A stretch of DNA of 64,000 nucleotides from Acidobacteriota bacterium (GTDB lineage: Bacteria > Acidobacteriota > JAAYUB01), in the NCBI GenBank assembly GCA_018001935.1, contig JAGNHB010000024.1, positions 8,511-72,510 on the forward strand. The letters are read 5' to 3'. This document shows positions 57,701-64,000 of the stretch, in pieces. The translations under genes were made by a program, and so were the position numbers. The notes under the pieces are model-generated. The model worked only from the letters and a program-made list of their open reading frames with translations. It did not search any database and had not been told where the DNA came from. The stretch's first letter is position 1. Every line of letters begins with the position of its first letter.

Positions 57701-58392
57701 GGGCCGAGCGGATCTGCCGGGAGCTGGCCGGTCTGAAGACCGCACTGGAAGGGTACACGATGAGCGGCTCCATCCCCGACGCCGCCCAGCAGAAGATCCT
57801 GGCGCACTACGAGCAGTTGTCCGCGCTGCTGACGCGGACCTTCTCCCTCGTCCCGACGGAGGCCGACCTGAACAGCAAGAAGGAGGTCCTGATCACCCGC
57901 TTCATCCTCCGCCAGGTCACGGAACTCACCGAGAAACAGCGGAACCGGATCATCCTGGCCGGGCTCTCCACCTTCGACAAGTTCATGCAGAGCAGTCCCG
58001 ACGAGATCGCCGCCGTGACGGGGCTGCCCCGCGAACTGAGCGAAGAGGTCTTCATGAAGTTCTACCAGTACCGGCACGTCTACTACCGGCCCGACGACGA
58101 GGAGTACCGTGACAAGTTCATCCGGGTGTTCGAGGTGAAGCTCAGCGTTCTCCGCGAGACCCACGCGGAGATCGAGAAGGTCGCCCTGATCCCCGACAGC
58201 CCGGAGACCCGCGAGCGGATGAAGATCCTCCAGGCCGACCGGCAGCAGACCTTCTGGGGCCTCATCATCCTTCTGTGCATCAAGGAGGAGTACGAGCTGA
58301 TCGAGACCCTCCAGCACGCGGTCTACGAGGTACGCTTCCAGAAGCTGGAAGCATACCTCGAGAAGCTCTGCGCGGTCGATGCCGCCGCCTGA
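54712..58392 (+). CDS. large (1226 aa) multidomain hypothetical protein containing a DUF4388 domain and a C-terminal helix-hairpin-helix-like segment
   Basis: ATG at 54712 (MEEIQQQTINDF); the ORF track's 54403 start is upstream junk. Mostly alpha-helical (HEAT/ARM-like). Central DUF4388-type motif ATLDFEKGDLVHAEITPVDMDRDNVFYWAFLLEPRDVELIVF (pattern G.I.F..G.IVHA...GE.AFY.LL.W). Near the C-terminus, DKFMQSSPDEIAAVTGLPRELSEEV is HhH-like. Confidence 0.6.
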   Translation: MEEIQQQTINDFLSFLAGNQAPALVGSSLAKVMRTDVQTISRIVVSWASRVKTGAFEDIVLQARRKVFDIFFFRIVPPARIYDFFPKFEKLLIALCPTPYQQGLEAKFAAQPWQNLRPIADLDRMPLFAVTTRNKIEVKADGFNEDVYKNVTHNLLSAKSRYVFPDAATSEMVAEHSAKINYIFQNFVDQVRDRHTREEIAISNEADKDAVYEVPTRFSFEDYFLQSVDLAVAFFNDEYLFHSVRMMDLVTELAEKNKYDLANSVPFQSKHKYFSAAKIEDYITSRTNRVLVRRLIGWFEEWQPARLMQLLRGEDNRRTRRTLFNILECYGSSLYSQLLEELGLCKPGSAWQHAHGLISLLGRLVPPSPASAKLATDLIEPHLNPRSSHALNMQCIATLVHIGTDHAVSGLGLKLDEFSQSSAEGAMEVAHRIAISLLGIGSGKNLEKAFTHLFKEWSDEIAEQVSQSLLSPAAVEPAAQFIRKELRKLKMTFNFLGDEDRVGSLLKALSSSQSAEVILLCREIRKTLSPRHKLAVLAEEVLARASEPGSSLVADIHLNQPALEKNVPEMLFHIHDAKMDGTFQVKDSRGLNATLDFEKGDLVHAEITPVDMDRDNVFYWAFLLEPRDVELIVFRRPAEDAARPERPPQEGLPTPLLLKEALLQRGEVRQMSGAILLPESRFCRRPAAEVALRFRGAEDPDHCMRVWEALEKHPDIPTLQEVTQLSKYDLYKILFFMIRKGLAALYTDARPSEKSTVDEGLAMLDEYLGRIAARPVLFNLYRAASQLCGSLAESSADGTVKGAMNVLGRYFSDAWAQHQVFTETNLDLCAQVAGLVGLYVAKPSGENRNALLDYVRFAFEETIAAEPAAPPAEAAPTPLQALESIELGSDAFDEGIDILFNDESVGDFLGELDRAFSGGGAGEGVGTGARAASMTAAEEEMLMELYDHIASAYVKPLKDFIREIKLNSRISKPVSASWLEIVEPSLRLLLGSAEKMGAERICRELAGLKTALEGYTMSGSIPDAAQQKILAHYEQLSALLTRTFSLVPTEADLNSKKEVLITRFILRQVTELTEKQRNRIILAGLSTFDKFMQSSPDEIAAVTGLPRELSEEVFMKFYQYRHVYYRPDDEEYRDKFIRVFEVKLSVLRETHAEIEKVALIPDSPETRERMKILQADRQQTFWGLIILLCIKEEYELIETLQHAVYEVRFQKLEAYLEKLCAVDAAA

Positions 58393-58455
58393 GACGTCCG
58401 TGCAGCCGCCGCGAGCTTTGAGGCGCCCCCGGGCGAACAAAGGGGTCCGCTTCGA

Positions 58456-58830
58456 TTGAGAAAGAAAAAAATTCCTCTCCCGCATGTGAGATCCACCCGC
58501 GAATTTCTGCAAGTCGTTCGTGGGTCGGATGTACTGGCCACCGTCCGATGGTCGGACATCAGGGAAATACTGGCCTATAAATACGACCGGGTGAATACGG
58601 ATGAAATTTGTCTCGGCTTTGTAACAAAGGAGAGCACGAGTGATTGGCTGGAGATCAGTGAGGAGTGGGAAGGTTTCCAGGAGGCCATGGAAGTGATGCA
58701 GATGGTTTTCCCTTCCATTGAAGGGAATTGGTTCGGCCGGGTCATGATTCCGGCCTTCAAACGCAACGAGACCGTCCTGTGGCGATCCCGGCCTTGCGGA
58801 AGCGACCATGATCCGACGGAAGGCCACTAA
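58456..58830 (+). CDS. orphan hypothetical protein encoded in a low-GC (about 50%) islet
   Basis: TTG start in the ORF track. The local GC drop (58430..58960) contrasts with ~70% elsewhere. Its stop codon (..EGH*) lies inside a CACTAAT-repeat inverted-repeat element. No known motif. Confidence 0.35.
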   Translation: MRKKKIPLPHVRSTREFLQVVRGSDVLATVRWSDIREILAYKYDRVNTDEICLGFVTKESTSDWLEISEEWEGFQEAMEVMQMVFPSIEGNWFGRVMIPAFKRNETVLWRSRPCGSDHDPTEGH

Positions 58831-58945
58831 TAACGATGATTTACACTAATTGAGGGAAACGTGACCGGCTTTGAGACGGTCCCCCAATCTAATACAGTTT
58901 TTGTCATTCGTTGATCCGATTAGTGTGGATTAGTGCAATTAGTGG
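58824..58945. mobile_element. second, shorter CACTAAT-TIR element (same family as 51621..51899)
   Basis: CCACTAATAACGATGATTTACACTAATTG ... GATTAGTGTGGATTAGTGCAATTAGTGG (inverted). Its left end supplies the stop codon of the low-GC orphan gene. Confidence 0.5.
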
Positions 58946-59028
58946 TTCGAAATCCGCGATTACCGAGGCCAATGATGATCGAACTCACTTGCGGGAATGT
59001 TTCTTTCGGTTGCAGTGCCTGGGGAGCC

Positions 59029-59946
59029 ATGCTCAAGATGATGACGGTGCTGGTGGTTTCCGGCGTCCTGACGGCTTTCGCGCCGGCCGGCCCGCCGGAG
59101 CCCGCGGCGCTTCCGACCCCGCCGGGGGGCGGGAGCCTGGTTCGTTACGCCGCGTTCCCCTCGGCCTTCGTCGCGGCGCGCAACGTGGACGTCTGGCTGC
59201 CGCCGGGCTACGACCCGAAGGGCGCAGACCGTTACCCCGTCCTCTACCTGCACGACGGGCAGAACCTCTTCGACCCGAAGACCTCCTACACCGGCGTCCC
59301 CTGGGGAGTGGACGAGGCGTTGGCCCGCCTGGCCCGGGAGGGGGCGGCCCGGCCGGCCATCGTGGTGGGGGTCTGGAACACGGCGCGGCGGGTCGCGGAG
59401 TACATGCCGCAGAAGGCCGCCGCGGTCCGCAACACCGGGCAGTTGACCGGAATCCCGCGACCGACGGCCGACGACCTCGCGTCGGACGCCTACCTCAAGT
59501 TCCTCGTCTCCGAGCTGAAGCCGTTCATCGATGGCCACTACCGCACCCGGCCGGGACCCGCGGACACCCTGATTATGGGTTCCAGCATGGGCGGGCTCAT
59601 CTCCGTCTACGCCCTGTGCGAGTACCCCGGCGTCTTCGGCGCGGCGGGGTGCCTCTCCACCCACTGGCCCGCCGGCGACGGCGTCGTCATCGAGTGGTTG
59701 AAGACCCACCTACCGGACCCCGGCACCCACCGGGTCTACTTCGACTACGGCACCGCCACCCTGGACGCCTCTTACGAACCCTACCAGCAGCGGATGGACG
59801 AGGTGATGAGAATGGCCGGCTACACCGAGGGGAAGAACTGGGTCACGCGCAAGTTCCCCGGGGCCGAGCACAACGAGAAGGCGTGGCGGGCACGGCTGGA
59901 CGTCCCCCTGCGGTTCCTGCTCGGAGCGGGGGGCGGGGTGCGATGA
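59029..59946 (+). CDS. secreted esterase (putative esterase / enterochelin-esterase-like alpha/beta hydrolase, PF00756-like)
   Basis: Signal peptide MLKMMTVLVVSGVLTAFAPA (alternative earlier starts at 58933 or 58972). Family motifs VDVWLPPGYDP...RYPVLYLHDGQNLF and the nucleophile elbow GSSMGG. Confidence 0.65.
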   Translation: MLKMMTVLVVSGVLTAFAPAGPPEPAALPTPPGGGSLVRYAAFPSAFVAARNVDVWLPPGYDPKGADRYPVLYLHDGQNLFDPKTSYTGVPWGVDEALARLAREGAARPAIVVGVWNTARRVAEYMPQKAAAVRNTGQLTGIPRPTADDLASDAYLKFLVSELKPFIDGHYRTRPGPADTLIMGSSMGGLISVYALCEYPGVFGAAGCLSTHWPAGDGVVIEWLKTHLPDPGTHRVYFDYGTATLDASYEPYQQRMDEVMRMAGYTEGKNWVTRKFPGAEHNEKAWRARLDVPLRFLLGAGGGVR

Positions 59947-60533
59947 TCCGCACGCTCCAGTGCCCCTCCTGCGGCGGGCCGCTGAAGTGGGAGGCCGGGA
60001 TGGGCCCCACGGTCACCTGCGAGTTCTGCCACAACACCCTCGTGGTCTCGGAGGCGATCCCGAACCGGGAGGCTGCCGCGGCCCCGGGGGGCGGCGGCGG
60101 GGTCCCTCCGGACGTGGCGGACCTGGTCGGGCGGGGCCGGAAGATCGAGGCGATCAAGCGGATCCGGCAGCTCTACGGCCTGGGCCTCAAGGAAGCCGTG
60201 ACAATCCACGACGCGCTGGCGGCAGGCCAGCCGGTCGCCCTGCCGCCCCGGCTGCCCGGGGAGGGCGGCGCCCCGGCCAAACCGGCTCCCCTCCCCCCGG
60301 ACGACCCGGAGATCCTGGCCCTGCTGCGACAGGGGGAGAAGATCGAGGCCGTCCGGCGCTACCGGGAGCGGACCGGCCTGGGGCTGAAGGAAAGCAAGGA
60401 AGCCGTGGAGGCCGCGGAGGCGAAGCTGGGCCTCGCCCGACCCCGCCGTTCGGGCGGGGTCGGCTGCCTGATGCCGGCGGTGGCCGGGGTGGGGGTGATC
60501 GTCTCGATCGGTTTCTTCCTCTGGGGGCGATAG
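59943..60533 (+). CDS. zinc-ribbon protein with two tandem ribosomal-protein-L7/L12 C-terminal-like domains and a C-terminal TM helix
   Basis: MIRTLQCPSCGGPLKW...VTCEFCHN (4-Cys ribbon). Two copies of the L7/L12 CTD-like core (KIEAIKRIRQLYGLGLKEAVTIHDAL and KIEAVRRYRERTGLGLKESKEAVEAAEA). Hydrophobic tail CLMPAVAGVGVIVSIGFFLW. ATGA overlap with the esterase gene. Confidence 0.55.
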   Translation: MIRTLQCPSCGGPLKWEAGMGPTVTCEFCHNTLVVSEAIPNREAAAAPGGGGGVPPDVADLVGRGRKIEAIKRIRQLYGLGLKEAVTIHDALAAGQPVALPPRLPGEGGAPAKPAPLPPDDPEILALLRQGEKIEAVRRYRERTGLGLKESKEAVEAAEAKLGLARPRRSGGVGCLMPAVAGVGVIVSIGFFLWGR

Positions 60534-60651
60534 CACGCACCGGCACCCCATGCGATCCGGCATGCCGGCCAGAAATCAGAGCTGCGCGCGTCAGCAAGCG
60601 GAAAAAAACTGACAGACTTACCACTCCCTACACGGTCGCGGCTCCGATAGG

Positions 60652-61401
60652 GTGTCCGGAGAGAGGTCAGGCATGGGGCGGAGCATCACCTCGCTTCAAA
60701 AACGCAGTCTGTTGTTCGGGGGAGCCTTGGTGATCCTCTCGGTCCTGATCTCCCTTTACCCGGTGGGCACCCGTCTGCTCCGGCTGGCACTGCTCGGTTG
60801 CCTGGCGGGGGTCTGGGCCTCGGTGCTGGTCCTGCTGTGGCCTCGACGTCACAGCCGGTTGGGCTTTCTTCTCCTGACGGGGGCGGCCGGGATCTTCCTG
60901 TCTCTTCCCGGGCCGGCGGTCGATTCGGATCTATTTACCCATGAATACGTTCGCTTTCTGCGGTCGTTCGAGGGGACACCCTACGTCTGGGGAGGGGAGA
61001 ACGGCCTCGGTGTCGACTGCTCCGGACTGGTCAGGATCGGGCTGGCTCGGGCATGCGGCCGGCTCGGGTTTTCCTCGTTCAATCCCCGCCTGCTCCGTGC
61101 CGCCTTCCAGCTTTGGTGGGATGACTGTACTGCCCGCGAACTCGGGACCGGTGCGGGGGGGCGAACCGTCCCCCTGTACATGGCGCCTTCCCTCAATGCG
61201 CTCACCCTGGGTGATCTGCGTCCCGGCGACCTCGCCGTCACCACCGACGGCATCCATGTGCTGGCCTACCTGGGAAATCGTCGTTGGATCGCCGCGGACC
61301 CCGACAGGGGAGAGGTCGTGGTGGAGTCGATCCCCTCGAAGAACTCATGGTTCAGCCGGCCGGTCCGGGTCGTGCGGTGGCGGTTGCTGGCCGCCTTGTG
61401 A
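60652..61401 (+). CDS. NlpC/P60 family (C40) peptidase with N-terminal TM helices
   Basis: Catalytic Cys context GTPYVWGGENGLGVDCSGLV and downstream His (GDLAVTTDGIHVLAYLG). Two N-terminal hydrophobic segments. An alternative start MGRSITS lies at about 60673. Confidence 0.7.
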   Translation: MSGERSGMGRSITSLQKRSLLFGGALVILSVLISLYPVGTRLLRLALLGCLAGVWASVLVLLWPRRHSRLGFLLLTGAAGIFLSLPGPAVDSDLFTHEYVRFLRSFEGTPYVWGGENGLGVDCSGLVRIGLARACGRLGFSSFNPRLLRAAFQLWWDDCTARELGTGAGGRTVPLYMAPSLNALTLGDLRPGDLAVTTDGIHVLAYLGNRRWIAADPDRGEVVVESIPSKNSWFSRPVRVVRWRLLAAL

Positions 61402-61764
61402 CCTGGCGCCCCGGAGGCGGCGCTCACAATGTCGAAACCGGAAAGGGAACTACGAAAACCACGGACTACACGAACGATGAATCCAGGATTCGGGAGGTAG
61501 GAGTCAGGAGGGGGAGACAGCCGTCAGGAGGCCGTCGTCGGGAGACCGGAGAACGGAGGTGGCGCTGGGCCGCTTGACCGGAATCCGCGACGCCGCTTCT
61601 CCGTGCCTCTGTGCCTCCGTGAGAGCGATAGTCCGGAAGGCCTATCCCGGCGGCGCGGCGACTCCGTGCATCCGGCTTCTTTGGCGGGCCGGGGAAATGT
61701 CCGAGGAGACGGGGCCGCCGGACGGGTTTTCCCGCCACCCGGAGTCGATCGCCTCCGCGCCCTC

Positions 61765-62230
61765 ACCCCGTCAGGGGTGAAATATTTGTAGTAAAAGAGG
61801 TTATTGTTCATTTTTCCCCGCGCGCCGCCGGGGGTGAACCGGGCTCCGGAGCACCCTCCCAGCCGGCGGCGCGCGGGGGAGGAGAATCTTTATAACTGCC
61901 TTTTCTACAAATATTTCACCCCTGGCGGGGTGAGGACGCAGCGGGTACGATTCAAACAAAGCGAGGACACGGCGGGTACGATCCCTGCGGGGTGAGGGCG
62001 AGGTGGGCCTGTCCCCGGCGGGGTGAAGGCGTGGGGGGGGCACGATCCACGCGGGGCAAGGGCACGACCTCGGCGGGGCGAGGCAACGGCGTACACGGCC
62101 CTGGCGCGGTGAAAACACGAAAGGCCACGATCCGCACGGGGCAAAGAGGTGACGAGAACGATCCGCACAGGGCAAAAGGGTGGTGGGCACGGATCAGGTT
62201 CAGGACAACCTCCCGTGATTCAGGGCCAGG
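61765..62230. repeat. family F3 composite: two inverted copies of the GGGGTGAAATATTTGTAG... element forming a long palindrome, followed by ~9 degenerate ~30-nt tandem repeats (core ACGATCC.CGCGGGGCAAGGGC)
   Basis: Seen directly. The reverse complement of 61860..61925 matches 25497..25560. The tandem array at 61940..62230 has a 30-31-nt period with no unique spacers. Confidence 0.7.
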
Positions 62231-62418
62231 ACACCCACCCGTTGCCGAGGTGGGCGTTCCGTGCTCCTGAAGGCCTCTCAGAGGCGCTGAGGGGCGGAGA
62301 CGTCCCGGAAGATGCCTGGACCGATCCAGGCGCTTTCGCGGCTGGGTTTTACCAACGTGTTATCGATCCTGGTTGCCATCCGAGGCCACGGTTACCGGGC
62401 GACGTTCCGGGAAGAGCG

Positions 62419-62490
62419 TCGGTCCTTTTGGTCCTTTTGGTCCTTTAGGTCCTTTCGTCCTTTGAATGCTTTCGCCCTTTGACACCCGGG
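62419..62490. repeat. family F5 heptamer array
   Basis: GGTCCTTTTGGTCCTTTTGGTCCTTTAGGTCCTTTCGTCCTTTGAATGCTTTCGCCCTTTG, immediately 3' of the lipoprotein gene stop (62521, minus strand). Confidence 0.7.
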
Positions 62491-62520
62491 CCGACGATCC
62501 CGGCCCGGGGAGAGCCGGGC

Positions 62521-63072
62521 TTACTTCAGCGCGTACCAGGGTTTGGGGAACCACGCCCAGTGGCCGTTGACGTGAACCAGGCCGTCGAAGGCCATTCCCA
62601 GGGTCTCGCCCGGCTTGCAGAACTTCCAGCGGTACCAGGTGACGCCGGGTTTCAGCTTCATGGCGACATCCTTGTACCCCCCCGGGAAGTGCCCCGAATC
62701 GCCCGTCCCGGCCCGGAGTTCCTCCGTGGTCGCCTTCCACATCAGCAACTCGGTCTGCCCTTCCTTGGGCTTGATCTCGACCCGTTCGGCGGTCTTCCAC
62801 AGACCCGTGTAGGCCGCTTTCGCCTTCTCGGCGTCGGCGGGCTCGAACACCGCGGCATAATCGTCGTCCCTGGGGATCAGGCTCTCCACGATGGCGTCAC
62901 GGTCCTTGCCGTGCAGAAGGTCGAGGAGCATTTTCTCGGCGCCGTCCCCCGTGCCCGGGTAGGCCGCCGTCGCACCGCCGAAGGGAGCGCCGGCGGACCC
63001 GCCCCCCTTGCAGGCGACCCCGACGGCCAGGGAAAGGAAAATTAACCCGATCAAGGCGTTTCGTACTTTCAT
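62521..63072 (-). CDS. hypothetical lipoprotein
   Basis: Start MKVRNALIGLIFLSLAVGVACKGG (lipobox LAVGVAC). No catalytic motif recognised. Confidence 0.5.
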   Translation of the reverse strand: MKVRNALIGLIFLSLAVGVACKGGGSAGAPFGGATAAYPGTGDGAEKMLLDLLHGKDRDAIVESLIPRDDDYAAVFEPADAEKAKAAYTGLWKTAERVEIKPKEGQTELLMWKATTEELRAGTGDSGHFPGGYKDVAMKLKPGVTWYRWKFCKPGETLGMAFDGLVHVNGHWAWFPKPWYALK

Positions 63073-63378
63073 GTGCCCTCCCGGCAATGGATTGGTGTGT
63101 CTCCCTGGAACCGGTTGAAACCTGCCGTCAGGATATCGGAATGGGGAAACGAGATCAAGGGGAAAGTCGGCGGGGCGCACGCCCGGCGGGTACCGGGGGT
63201 CGCCGGCCGGCCGCGGGGGAGGGACACGACGGTTCCGCCCCGGCACCGGGGCCGGGGCGGACCGCGCCGTCGCGTTCCTCCTCCCGGCGCCGCCGCACGC
63301 GGTTTTTCCGGAACATCCCGCCGGTGGATCCGTATGGTATGGCGTCGGGCGAGAAACCCTGCGCGGGAGGAAAGGGAA

Positions 63379-64000
63379 ATGATCCGCAAACTCTGGGGCC
63401 TCGGGGCCCGGTGGGTCCTGGCGGTCGGGATCGGCGTGGCGGGCGGCGCGGCACTGGCCGGCGCGGAGGACGCCCCGAAGGCGGCGGGCCCGGCGCCGGA
63501 AAACGGGGTGGCGGTCACCGCGGGGAAAGCGGTCAGCCTGCCGGCGTCGATCCCCTTCGTGCTCGAACACAACCGGATGATCCTGGAGGGCGCGCTCGAG
63601 CGCCCGGACGGCTCGCTGCGCACCGCGGCCGTCTGGGTGGACACCGGCAACCCCGACCTGATGATGAGCGAGGCGCTCGCCCGCGACCTGGGGATCGACC
63701 TGGACGACGCGGCGTCGAAGGCGAAGGACGGCTGGCTGGAGGTGCCCGCCCCCCCCGCGCTCCGGCTGGGCGGGGTCCCCGTACCCCTGCAGGGCGTCAC
63801 GGCCCGGGTGGCCCTGGGGTCGCCCATGATGCCCGGCCTCCGGGCGGAGATCAACCTGCCGTCCACGGTGATGCGCCGCTACCGCGTCGTGTTCGATTAC
63901 CCGGCGCGCCGGCTCGTCCTGGCGGAACCGGGGAAAAACGAGCCGCAGGGGAACCCCGTGACGGCGAAGGTACACCCCGTGACGGGCGTGGTGCAGGTGG
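63379..64000 (+). CDS. retropepsin-like aspartyl protease (clan AA), partial; continues beyond the window end
   Basis: ATG at 63379: MIRKLWGLGARWVLAVGIGVAGGAALAGA (signal), then AVWVDTGNPDLMMS with the D-T-G active-site motif. Not in the ORF track because it has no stop inside the window. Confidence 0.6.
   Translation, partial: MIRKLWGLGARWVLAVGIGVAGGAALAGAEDAPKAAGPAPENGVAVTAGKAVSLPASIPFVLEHNRMILEGALERPDGSLRTAAVWVDTGNPDLMMSEALARDLGIDLDDAASKAKDGWLEVPAPPALRLGGVPVPLQGVTARVALGSPMMPGLRAEINLPSTVMRRYRVVFDYPARRLVLAEPGKNEPQGNPVTAKVHPVTGVVQV

Noticed and set aside
61940-62230. Possible CRISPR array (regularly spaced ~30-nt repeats with core ACGATCCGCACGGGGCAA)
   Set aside because: The repeats are degenerate and abut each other with no unique spacer-length segments between conserved units. 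The same array recurs in inverted orientation at 25375..25492 as part of a composite repeat, and no cas genes are nearby. This is a minisatellite-like tandem repeat, not CRISPR.

Overview
This is a high-GC (about 68-70%) bacterial chromosomal segment, mostly housekeeping genes. The lineage cannot be assigned from sequence alone. Core content: an ABC-F ATPase fragment, topoisomerase IV (parE-parC), and a 2-oxoacid dehydrogenase complex (E1 alpha, E1 beta, E2, E3). There is a complete Pho regulon in one minus-strand run: porin, pstSCAB, phoU, phoB, phoR and one extra membrane protein, with a separate DUF47-PitA pair about 14 kb away. Also present are folD, a YmdB-like phosphoesterase, two glycosyltransferases, purL, uvrC, and purine-salvage deaminases (a secreted adenosine-deaminase-like protein and adenine deaminase). 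Accessory genes sit between these: a dCMP-deaminase-domain fusion just downstream of parC, a secreted PDZ-TPR-CHAT protease, a nucleotidyltransferase-fold gene with a small overlapping partner and a DMP19/DUF4375-like gene, a SWIM zinc-finger plus SNF2 helicase pair, a 1226-aa DUF4388-containing protein followed by a low-GC orphan gene, a zinc-ribbon protein with two L7/L12 C-terminal-like domains, an NlpC/P60 peptidase and a retropepsin-like protease. The most unusual property of the window is its density of distinct intergenic repeat families. One family is inserted in frame inside a Pho-operon gene, and a MITE-like element supplies the stop codon of uvrC. I found no tRNA or rRNA genes and no bona fide CRISPR array. 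The long antisense ORFs in the six-frame track are GC-skew artefacts. Coordinates follow the supplied ORF track; several ORF-track starts are TTG/GTG, so I moved starts to the most plausible in-frame ATG where noted.
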